Shown here: piece by piece, positions 16,745 to 23,624 of the stretch
Position numbering within the stretch: the stretch's first letter is position 1
How the letters are laid out: the number at the start of each line of letters is the position of its first letter
Virus record (IMG/VR): IMGVR_UViG_3300015360_000024
Span: 32,001-96,000 of that record
Direction: 5' to 3' (one strand)
From: a virus
DNA: 64,000 nt
Notes under the pieces: model-generated
Told to the model about the DNA's origin: nothing
What the model saw: the letters and a program-made list of their open reading frames with translations, nothing else
The model's database searches: none
Position numbers and translations under genes: made by a program

Positions 16745-17190
16745 AGAACGAAGTCTGACCAATGTTTGGACGTTTGAATCCTATGACAGTTGGCACAGAG
16801 CAAGATGCATTTGTCGACCTCAGCTTTTAGTTGCTCAGTGTTGTATTTTTTGGGGTGCCTGATCATCAAGGTCACGTCGCCCGTCTTGCTTCCAGGGTCC
16901 TTGTGATGAAATTCCAGGCACGGCAAGCGACTCTCTCCGCACGTCGAGCATCGGCATTGCCCGAGGTACATCGCCCATTCGTGCTTCCTTCGCCAAAACA
17001 GGTTTGACAGGTATGTAGGATTCGCCTGTCTCTTCTTGGCGGCCTTATCTAGGTAGTCAGGCTTGGAGCGCTCTGTTTGGCGATACTTCTTAATGCGATC
17101 CTGGTTATTCAAGTACCAGTGCCGCTTCCTGCATGGCGTGGAGCAAAACTCGCCATCGCTTACTTTGCCATGACAGGTCGCGCACTTCAT
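16735..17190 (-). CDS. HNH endonuclease; stop codon lies inside tRNA-Cys
   Basis: CSTCGE...LEFHHKDP...KCILLCANCHR. Confidence 0.85.
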   Translation of the reverse strand: MKCATCHGKVSDGEFCSTPCRKRHWYLNNQDRIKKYRQTERSKPDYLDKAAKKRQANPTYLSNLFWRRKHEWAMYLGQCRCSTCGESRLPCLEFHHKDPGSKTGDVTLMIRHPKKYNTEQLKAEVDKCILLCANCHRIQTSKHWSDFVLHA

Positions 17191-17362
17191 CTACGCGATC
17201 ATAAAACAACTGTCTACGTCAGATCCAGTGCAATCTGTAGCCAGGCCGCCTGGTGACGTGCAAAAAACGCGAACAAGAAGATGAACCTGGGGGAAATCTT
17301 AAATGGATAACCCAAGCTCGAACGGCTCGCGAAAAAGATAGACGAACATGGTGCGTGGTTGG

Positions 17363-17436
17363 ACGTTGAGAGCGGATTCAAACCGCTACCTCCGGGGTTT
17401 TCAGCCCAGGCGCTCTCTCAGTTAAGCTACTCCGAT
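17363..17436 (-). pseudogene. Degenerate tRNA-Phe(GAA) with unpaired acceptor stem
   Basis: CTGGG-CTGAAAA-CCCGG and T arm present; acceptor pairs only 3 of 7; flanked by 8-bp direct repeat ATGGTGCG (17348, 17435). Confidence 0.6.
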
Positions 17437-17467
17437 GGTGCGGTAATCCAATCACTTCGGCTCGTCT

Positions 17468-17543
17468 TGGCGACCCTACGGGGATTCGAACCCCGATTGA
17501 CCGACTGAGAATCGGCTCTCCTGGCCAGTTGGAGGATAGGGTC
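17468..17543 (-). tRNA. trnE: tRNA-Glu(CTC), CCA encoded
   Basis: GCCGA-TTCTCAG-TCGGT. Confidence 0.9.
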
Positions 17544-17617
17544 AAAAAGCGAACAATTTGGTGAAGCAGGGGTTTTTCAACCATTTGATAACCCTGCCTC
17601 GTCCGGCTCGCTCAAAA

Positions 17618-18001
17618 CTAAAGCGCTACTGAGTAGAGCGCTGGGTAGCGTAGTCTGGCCTTGCGTTCCTTTTCGAGGAAGGCTGGCAGCTCGATGAATT
17701 CTGTGCCGTGGTCTTCTCCGCCAAAGATCCAGATCAGCGTCATTCTCGCCTGAGCGATGAGACGCTCCTGGTTGAATCGGCCTCCGTCTGTACCATCTTG
17801 CCGGATGATCAACGCCGAGCCCCACACGCTTCGGTCTGAGGCATCTGGCTTCCAGTCCGGGGCTCCGATGCCGATACTCAGCGGAAGAAGCCCTCCGATC
17901 CTGCCGATGACATCCATCATCTTCAGCAGCAAGCGGTGATCGGTAAGGAACGGCCCGCTTTCAAGTTCGGCCCAAAGCCCGATAACATCATGCATTCTCA
18001 T
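17618..18001 (-). CDS. Hypothetical protein
   Basis: 127-aa ORF. Confidence 0.55.
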   Translation of the reverse strand: MRMHDVIGLWAELESGPFLTDHRLLLKMMDVIGRIGGLLPLSIGIGAPDWKPDASDRSVWGSALIIRQDGTDGGRFNQERLIAQARMTLIWIFGGEDHGTEFIELPAFLEKERKARLRYPALYSVAL

Positions 18002-18183
18002 CTCCTAACGGGTGGGCTTCGCTTATCTGCAATCCGTAGGCCTTTCGGTATCATGCGAGCAACTACCACGAGCCTGTCGGAGACGATCTTGGTGCTCAGC
18101 TTTGGCACAGTGTGATAAGAGTTCAAGGAGTGATCGACGGAATCGAACCGCCGTAGTCGACGTAACCGGCCCAGGTACACCCT

Positions 18184-18258
18184 TGGCGAACCACCCCAGA
18201 CTTGAACTGGGAACCCATCGCTTAACAAACGATCGCTCTACATTGGAGCTAGTGGTTC
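18184..18258 (-). tRNA. trnN: tRNA-Asn(GTT), CCA encoded
   Basis: ATCGT-TTGTTAA-GCGAT. Confidence 0.85.
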
Positions 18259-18267
18259 AAACAGAAG

Positions 18268-18339
18268 CTCCCTAACCAGGACTCGAACCTGGAACCTAAC
18301 GGTTAACAGCCGTTTGCTCGACCATTGAGCTATTAGGGA
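18268..18339 (-). tRNA. trnN: tRNA-Asn(GTT)
   Basis: AACGG-CTGTTAA-CCGTT. Confidence 0.9.
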
Positions 18340-18399
18340 ATAGGGCGAACCGGACCTCTTGCGAGGTCACTCCCTAGACTTCCGTCTTAGTAGTTCGCT

Positions 18400-18475
18400 T
18401 GGAGCTGATGACAGGAGTTGAACCTGCAACCGTCGCTTTACAAAAGCGCTGCGCTGCCAATTGCGCCACACCAGC
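18400..18475 (-). tRNA. trnT: tRNA-Thr(TGT), CCA encoded
   Basis: Loop TTTGTAA. Confidence 0.9.
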
Positions 18476-18481
18476 ATTACG

Positions 18482-18552
18482 TTCGGGGGCAGAGACTCGA
18501 ACTCTGATAACCGGCTTCAAAGACCAGCGTCCTACCGTTGAACGACCCCCGA
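18482..18552 (-). tRNA. trnQ: tRNA-Gln(TTG)
   Basis: CTGGT-CTTTGAA-GCCGG. Confidence 0.85.
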
Positions 18553-18585
18553 GTGACAAGATCAAGATCCGTGTATATTCCTGTT

Positions 18586-18765
18586 ATGAACGATAAGAGA
18601 AAGCAGAGCCTCTACTTCCCAGAAGACATGCTGGCCGAGGTTCAGGCCGAGGCTACTCGGCTTGACCGATCTCTCTCCTGGGTGGTTCAGCGAGCCTGGA
18701 TCATCTCAAGGGAGAAGATGAAGGAGATCCCTTCGATCAACGAACCGCCTCGCGAGACGGACTAG
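18586..18765 (+). CDS. MXAN_4361/MXAN_4362-family (TIGR04563-like) small ribbon-helix-helix-type protein
   Basis: RKQSLYFPEDML.E...EATRLDRSLSWVVQRAW matches the myxobacterial family as I recall it. Confidence 0.8.
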   Translation: MNDKRKQSLYFPEDMLAEVQAEATRLDRSLSWVVQRAWIISREKMKEIPSINEPPRETD

Positions 18766-18837
18766 AGCCCACGGCCGGACTTGAACCGGCAGCCTGTGCT
18801 TTACGAAAGCACTGCACCGCCATTGTGCTACGTGGGC
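18766..18837 (-). tRNA. trnT: tRNA-Thr(CGT)
   Basis: GTGCT-TTCGTAA-AGCAC. Confidence 0.9.
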
Positions 18838-18907
18838 AGGAAGCTCCCTGGCTGATAAGGCCTACTTTCGCCCGGGACAGGCTAGCTCCGTATCAAGGAG
18901 CAAGTAG

Positions 18908-18978
18908 AGCAGGTAACGGGAATCGGACCCGTCTAGCCAGGGTGGAAGCCTGGAGCCTCGCCAGTCGGCCTTACCTGC
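18908..18978 (-). tRNA. trnG: tRNA-Gly(TCC), T-loop TCCGATT
   Basis: CCAGG-CTTCCAC-CCTGG. Confidence 0.85.
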
Positions 18979-19308
18979 AAAACGTCACTTCGCGAACCAT
19001 GGCTTCTCGATACCCTCTTCAAGCGTCTTCAGAACCATCTCCAGAAGATCGCTTGCCACCTTTTCTCCGTGGAAGGCGAGGAGGTCTTGATGAACCTCGC
19101 TGCTGAACGGCATGTCCTGACCATTGGTCGGGTTGACGATGTACGGCCTGCTTCCGACCTTGTTCTATAGCCGCGCTTCGTGCATTCCTCGTTGAACTGG
19201 TCGATCGTCATAGAGCGATCTTAGCTCTTAGCCACCACCAGCCAAAGCGAATGCCGGTGACAACAGAGAGAGCGCCGAGAATTTCCAGAGGGCAAATGTG
19301 CATGGTGG

Positions 19309-19382
19309 GGTGCCTAGGGGGAATCGAACCCGCCTCTTCTTGAGCCACAATCAAGCGCGCGAACCGTTACGCTATAGGCACC
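19309..19382 (-). tRNA. trnH: tRNA-His(GTG) with encoded G-1
   Basis: CTTGA-TTGTGGC-TCAAG; G-1:C73. Confidence 0.9.
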
Positions 19383-19408
19383 ATAATCGTTCAATTGACA
19401 AGACGTCG

Positions 19409-19479
19409 TGCGGGTGGAGGGACTCGAACCCTCGTCTCAGCGTTGGCAACGCAGCGTCCTACCATTGGACGACACCTGC
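19409..19479 (-). tRNA. trnG: tRNA-Gly(GCC)
   Basis: Loop TTGCCAA. Confidence 0.85.
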
Positions 19480-19483
19480 AAAT

Positions 19484-19544
19484 TGGCGCCAGTCGTAGGC
19501 TCAGGCCATGGCGCCTCAGCGCCTGAGTTGTTCCTCGTACCGGC
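19484..19544 (-). ncRNA. Candidate CCA-ended small RNA (acceptor-like stem plus one hairpin, no T arm)
   Basis: GCCGGT...ACTGGC-G-CCA with internal CTCAGGC/GCCTGAG stem. Confidence 0.4.
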
Positions 19545-19553
19545 AAAAATCAG

Positions 19554-19625
19554 TCGGGGTGAGAGGGATCGAACCTCCGGCTTCTTGGTCCCGAACCAAG
19601 CGTGATACCACTTCACTACACCCCG
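19554..19625 (-). tRNA. trnP: tRNA-Pro(CGG)
   Basis: CTTGG-TTCGGGA-CCAAG. Confidence 0.9.
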
Positions 19626-19966
19626 TTGTTACGTCTTCTGTGCGTGCGATCCGCGTGACAGTTCGCGCAGACCACCTCGCATTTCGCGATCTCTTTGTTG
19701 ATTGTCGCTTCCGATAGGTACTGACCTACCATGGAGGCGATGTCGGAAACTTTGATGCCGCTCACGTGATCGAACTGCAAAACCCATGGTCGAAACTCGT
19801 TCTTGCAGTCGATGCAGCCACCCTTCTTCGCATCATTCACGAGTGTCCTGAGACGCTCGCGAATGATCTTCCTTGCTACCTTTTTGCGCTCTGAGTATCG
19901 GACGCGGTGCTTCGCGTAATGATCTCGTTGATACAAACGCTTGTCGTCCAGTGTCTCAAACGGCAT
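19616..19966 (-). CDS. HNH endonuclease; stop codon lies inside tRNA-Pro(CGG)
   Basis: CIDC...LQFDHV...KCEVVCANCHADRT. Confidence 0.85.
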   Translation of the reverse strand: MPFETLDDKRLYQRDHYAKHRVRYSERKKVARKIIRERLRTLVNDAKKGGCIDCKNEFRPWVLQFDHVSGIKVSDIASMVGQYLSEATINKEIAKCEVVCANCHADRTHRRRNNGV

Positions 19967-19998
19967 CGGGACAACACTATCAGTCCCGATCCGTCTCG

Positions 19999-20070
19999 TC
20001 GAGCTGACTGGAATCGAACCAGCGTTCTCGTGTTCCCCGAACACGCGCGATACCACTTCGCTACAGCTCG
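19999..20070 (-). tRNA. trnP: tRNA-Pro(GGG)
   Basis: CGTGT-TCGGGGA-ACACG. Confidence 0.85.
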
Positions 20071-20077
20071 AAATTTG

Positions 20078-20167
20078 TGCCGCCCTGGGAGTCGAACCCG
20101 CATCCAGCGCCCCGATCAGAAGCATTTCCTCTTCCTATTGGCTCTGGTTCCTGCCAGGAGAAGCGAC
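20078..20167 (-). ncRNA. tRNA-like RNA with enlarged central arm
   Basis: T-loop GGG-TTCGACT-CCC; GU-rich acceptor GTCGCTT/GGGCGGC-A; about 38-nt CCA...TGG arm. Confidence 0.45.
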
Positions 20168-20180
20168 GAAAACGCTTGCG

Positions 20181-20265
20181 CGGAAGGTGAGGGGATCGAA
20201 CCCCCGCAGCCTTTCGGCTGGCTCCGGTTTAGCAAACCGGCCTGTTGCCACTCCAGCAACCTTCC
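20181..20265 (-). tRNA. trnS: tRNA-Ser(GCT)
   Basis: CCGGT-TTGCTAA-ACCGG; long variable arm. Confidence 0.9.
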
Positions 20266-20270
20266 ATTCG

Positions 20271-20341
20271 TGGATCGCTAGGGAGTCGAACCCTAATCTC
20301 TCGGGTGCAAGCCGAGTGTACGCCCGTTGTACTAGCAACCC
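20271..20341 (-). tRNA. trnA: tRNA-Ala(TGC)
   Basis: G3-U70; CTCGG-CTTGCAC-CCGAG. Confidence 0.9.
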
Positions 20342-20348
20342 GTTGTCG

Positions 20349-20419
20349 TGGATCCGTGGAGAATCGAACTCCAATTCCGGCAGTGCGATTGCCGTGTCTT
20401 CCCTTTGGACGACGAACCC
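20349..20419 (-). tRNA. trnA: tRNA-Ala(CGC)
   Basis: G3-U70; CGGCA-ATCGCAC-TGCCG. Confidence 0.85.
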
Positions 20420-20424
20420 ATTCG

Positions 20425-20495
20425 TGGAGCTACCGAGAATTGAACTCGGATCTCTTGTCTGCCAGACAAGCATCTTCCCTTTGGACGATAACCCC
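20425..20495 (-). tRNA. trnA: tRNA-Ala(GGC)
   Basis: G3-U70; CTTGT-CTGGCAG-ACAAG. Confidence 0.9.
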
Positions 20496-20501
20496 AAACA
20501 G

Positions 20502-20579
20502 TGGCGGGAACGACGAGATTTGAACTCGCGATCTTCGGCGTGACAGGCCAACGGGGACGGCCAACTCCCCTACGTTCCC
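20502..20579 (-). tRNA. trnD: tRNA-Asp(GTC), CCA encoded
   Basis: Loop CTGTCAC; G73. Confidence 0.9.
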
Positions 20580-20587
20580 AGAATCAG

Positions 20588-20660
20588 CGGGCGCAACGGG
20601 AATCGAACCCGCCTGGTCTTGATCGACAATCAAGCGCCCTCACCAGAGAGCAATACACCC
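20588..20660 (-). tRNA. trnD: tRNA-Asp(GTC), second copy
   Basis: CTTGA-TTGTCGA-TCAAG; G73. Confidence 0.85.
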
Positions 20661-20733
20661 AGAGAAGAAACGGGCAGGCGAGCTTGTATCGCCTTGTGGA
20701 GCTTATGAGCATCCAACCCGCTTCAGAGAGTCG

Positions 20734-21639
20734 TTACGAGCGAGGACGAGCGCCGTTGCCGTTGCCACCAATGTTGGTCATCAGGGCGAGGGCCTCGGAC
20801 TGAGCCTTCGAGTTGGCAGCACCGTCGACTGCTGCGCGAGCCAGCTTGACGTTCTCCTCGTAGGCCGTCTTGAGCTGAGTCTGCAGTTCCTTGATCTGCG
20901 CGTCTGCGGTGGCAGCCGTCTGCGCCAGCCGCGCGTTGTCGAACTGGAGCTTCTCCACATGGGTAGTGTTCTGGATCGTGGCGATCTGCGCCTGGTGGCT
21001 GAAGTCCTTCGTCAGCACGTTCTTCAGGATGGCCTCTGCCCTGGTGACCTCCTTCTTCACTTCCTCGTCGAAGGTGGCGGCCTTGGCGAGGGCAGCCTGG
21101 TACTCGGTCTCCTTCGTCTTCAGGACGAACTCGCGGTTGGCGACGTCCTTCTCGAAGGCCTCCTGGCGATCACGCTCCTGGTTGTTGCGCACCCGAACCT
21201 GCTCGTTCCAGCTGTCGTTGTCGTTCTTGCGGGCCTGGGTGAGCTTGTAGGTGTAGTCCTCTTGCTCGCGAGTCCGGGCTTGGGCCAGCTGGTTCACCAG
21301 GTTCTGGTGGTCCAGTTCGATCTGCTCCTTCTGCTTCGCCAGCTCGTCGAGGGTCGCCGCGTGCTGGGCCTTGACCTCGTCGATCGTCAGGAGCACCTGA
21401 TCGACCCCGTGCAGGTTCTGCATGTCCTGCTTCTTGAGGGCGATCGAATCGTCGACCGCTTGTAGTTCCGCGTGCTTCTGGATGATCTCCTCGGAGATCT
21501 TGCTCAGAGTCCCCTGGATGGTGACTCCAGCGGAAGTGATGCCGCTGAGCGTCTTCGAGAGGTCGATGCTCTGCGCCTTCGAGATGGATGCGGCATTGCG
21601 GGTCGCCTGTGCCTGCTGCTTCTTCGTCTTCGTTGCCAC
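20734..21639 (-). CDS. Long coiled-coil protein
   Basis: About 300 aa, Q/E/K/A-rich heptads; GTG start with AGGAG RBS. Confidence 0.75.
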   Translation of the reverse strand: MATKTKKQQAQATRNAASISKAQSIDLSKTLSGITSAGVTIQGTLSKISEEIIQKHAELQAVDDSIALKKQDMQNLHGVDQVLLTIDEVKAQHAATLDELAKQKEQIELDHQNLVNQLAQARTREQEDYTYKLTQARKNDNDSWNEQVRVRNNQERDRQEAFEKDVANREFVLKTKETEYQAALAKAATFDEEVKKEVTRAEAILKNVLTKDFSHQAQIATIQNTTHVEKLQFDNARLAQTAATADAQIKELQTQLKTAYEENVKLARAAVDGAANSKAQSEALALMTNIGGNGNGARPRS

Positions 21640-21753
21640 GGTAGCTCTCCTGGAAATGATTGAACCCCAAAACGGGGACACCTAGGCCTGTAATTGGGCC
21701 GCGTGTACTCTCGCAGGACCGTCTGACATCGAAGGGCAATTGTCTACGGGTCG

Positions 21754-21838
21754 CGGAAGACAGAGGACTCGAACCCCATGCCCCGTAAGCATCATCCCGC
21801 TTCGAACGGGCGCCCCTGCCATCAGGAGTATATCTTCC
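21754..21838 (-). tRNA. trnS: tRNA-Ser(CGA)
   Basis: Loop TTCGAAG; long variable arm. Confidence 0.85.
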
Positions 21839-21912
21839 ATGCCGCCTCAACCCTTGCGGGAAGCTTTTAAAGGACTCGGTGCTGCCACCGAAGCTTTACG
21901 AAGCGCAGATCC

Positions 21913-21990
21913 TGGTGCCCCCAGAAGGACTCGAACCTTCAACAAACCGGGTAAGAACCGGGTGCTCTATCCAAATTGAGCTATGGAGGC
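21913..21990 (-). tRNA. trnK: tRNA-Lys(CTT) by anticodon, Arg-like body, CCA encoded
   Basis: CCCGG-TTCTTAC-CCGGT; D loop ...TGGATA (A20). Confidence 0.75.
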
Positions 21991-22114
21991 TAGGCGGGAC
22001 GATAACCATCATCTTCGGTCCGTTGCCGGACAAGAAAGTTGAGGACGAATAGGTCCCATAAAATCATCAGGTACAACCATGCTGATGAGCCATGCCGTCG
22101 CGGCAAACGTCGGG

Positions 22115-22187
22115 TGCCCCGAGGTCGAGTCGAACGACCTTCTCCTGATCTTCAGTCAGGCGCTTGGACCACCCAAGCTGTCGGGGC
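22115..22187 (-). tRNA. trnF: tRNA-Phe(GAA)
   Basis: CCTGA-CTGAAGA-TCAGG. Confidence 0.9.
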
Positions 22188-22330
22188 AAAAGGGGGCTCA
22201 TGAGGACACCCCCGCGTCATAAACAACTATTCGGTTGTCAGAGATTTGTCGTCGCAAAGGCCTCGGCTCAGGTTGTCCAGGATTCACACATGGTGAAGTT
22301 ACGCCTGGTCGTGCTTCGCTTTTGGCTTCG

Positions 22331-22403
22331 ATGGGGAGGTGAGACTCGAACTCACAACATTCGGCTTCAGAGACCGACGTTCCGCCAGTTGAACTACTCC
22401 CCA
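22331..22403 (-). tRNA. trnQ: tRNA-Gln(CTG)
   Basis: TCGGT-CTCTGAA-GCCGA. Confidence 0.9.
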
Positions 22404-22418
22404 AAATCAGATCTGTCG

Positions 22419-22489
22419 TAGGGCTGCAGGGAATCGAACCCTGGTCGGCCGGTTAAAAGCCGGTTGCTCTGCCATTGAGCTACAACCCC
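22419..22489 (-). tRNA. trnK: tRNA-Lys(TTT)
   Basis: Loop CTTTTAA. Confidence 0.9.
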
Positions 22490-22544
22490 AGAATGGGAGA
22501 AGTAGCTCGTGTTTTCGGTTGATTGAATTCATTGGATCTTTCAG

Positions 22545-22627
22545 TGGGAGTGGGAGGAGTTGAACCTCCAAGTGCTCATCACACGACTGGTTTACAGCCA
22601 GCTTGCGTCGCCAGTTGCCGCACTCCC
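22545..22627 (-). tRNA. trnY: tRNA-Tyr(GTA)
   Basis: Loop CTGTAAA; long variable arm. Confidence 0.9.
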
Positions 22628-22903
22628 AGAAACGAAGAAAGCCTCCAAGGGGTTTTTCCTTGGAGGCTTCTGGTCTAGGTATTTACAGTCTACCTATGTC
22701 AGAAGCCCCCTGGGATCATTCGCCTTGGCCTGGAGGTGGAACGGGCGGGGATAGGTTTCCAGGCAGCCGACGGTCTCCACGCTCAACGCAATAAACCCAC
22801 GACGCCACGAGCGATTGCTCGTACCGAGGCAGGCTTGCGTTGTTTTGGTGGATGAAGAAGACATGACCGTTGGTGTTTGCTTGGAGGTTGCTGTCGCTCT
22901 AAT

Positions 22904-22981
22904 TGGTAGCGGGAGTGGGATTTGAACCACACGGCCTCAAGGTTATGAGCCTTGCGAGCTACCAGGCTGCTCTATCCCGCA
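22904..22981 (-). tRNA. trnM: Initiator-type tRNA-fMet(CAT), CCA encoded
   Basis: Unpaired 1:72; D arm GAGC-AGCCTGGTA-GCTC; loop CTCATAA. Confidence 0.85.
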
Positions 22982-22987
22982 GACCGA

Positions 22988-23017
22988 AGACTAGCGCAAA
23001 AATCTGCAAATAGTCAA
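22988..23017 (-). promoter_or_regulatory. sigma70-like promoter heading the tRNA array (TTGACT-18-TAGTCT)
   Basis: The -10 box ends 7 nt before the first base of tRNA-fMet. Confidence 0.6.
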
Positions 23018-23205
23018 GGAGAAGGTTGGTCGGATGCGTAAGTGACCGAATTTCTGTAGATCGCGATGGTCACGGCTAAATGTCATACATGTGCCTAATA
23101 GGTGAAGGCGGCGTTACGTTATGGAAAGGACTTGATTTAGTACAAATTGTCCGCATACTCAAGGGGACCTACAATTGTAGGACTACCAGGTAAGCGAGGT
23201 CTGCC

Positions 23206-23535
23206 ATGCAGTACACCCGAGTTCTCATAGCGAAGGTCGCCCTTCGTGTTGCGACGGAAGACGAAGTCTTCTGGGTCGAGCAGTGCATTAAGCAGGGTTG
23301 CGGATGCGCCGAGGAGATCGCGAAGCTCCGGAAGCTCGCCGCCCTGCCCAAGGCGATGTTCTGTGGAGACGATGTCTCCCTGATCAAGATCGCGGACTCC
23401 AACAAGATGTCCGCCTTCGACGAAGATCACCTTCTATCGTGCGAGCGCTGCGCCAGGATCGGCCAGTACATCGCCAGCATGCCGAACCCCGGCACGCCGG
23501 CCGAAGTAAAGTCGATGGAGCTACGCGCAGGCTGA
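23206..23535 (+). CDS. Hypothetical protein
   Basis: 109-aa ORF with RBS, followed by a terminator. Confidence 0.55.
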   Translation: MQYTRVLIAKVALRVATEDEVFWVEQCIKQGCGCAEEIAKLRKLAALPKAMFCGDDVSLIKIADSNKMSAFDEDHLLSCERCARIGQYIASMPNPGTPAEVKSMELRAG

Positions 23536-23556
23536 GTACAACAACGACGAGACAAT

Positions 23557-23590
23557 GGCCGGCAGCCTACGGGCTAGCCGGCCTTTTTTG
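23557..23590 (+). terminator. Rho-independent terminator
   Basis: GGCCGGC-AGCC...GGCT-AGCCGGCC then TTTTTT. Confidence 0.8.
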
Positions 23591-23624
23591 TTTTCTACAA
23601 GGTATCTAGACAATTGAATGCACT

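Larger units (their letters stand above)
17269..17611 (-). repeat. Alternating TGTTCG and CGAGCCG-N8-10-GG(A)TTAY motifs bracketing tRNAs
   Basis: cggctcg at 17323, 17458, 17604; cgaaca at about 17270, 17343, 17550. Confidence 0.8.

Noticed and set aside
15878-17611. CRISPR array interpretation of the alternating motifs
   Set aside because: Repeats are short, bipartite and degenerate, spacing is irregular and includes whole tRNAs, and there is no cas operon; the Cas4-like gene is in the recombination cluster
18340-18400. Structured spacer with a GACCTC-GCAA-GAGGTC hairpin and GGTTCGC as a left-half variant
   Set aside because: Could pair with the right half at 17604, but can equally pair locally with GCGAAC; too ambiguous to call
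10296-21465. Long antisense or overlapping ORFs in the track (e.g. 10296-11084, 13112-13858, 19941-20543, 20959-21465; also 48806-49654 further right)
   Set aside because: They are shadows of GC-rich real genes or read across tRNA genes, with no motifs or RBS
22188-22330. tmRNA or c-di-GMP riboswitch
   Set aside because: No tRNA-like domain or tag frame; only a few bases resemble the riboswitch, and on the strand opposite the array
22637-22672. 12-bp perfect inverted repeat upstream of tRNA-Tyr as a terminator
   Set aside because: The hairpin is real but the U tail is weak on both strands; function not assignable
1654-22981. Amber, ochre or opal suppressor tRNA
   Set aside because: No canonical loop with CTA, TTA or TCA was found; the 6827-6899 arm contains TTA/TAA but is too irregular to assign
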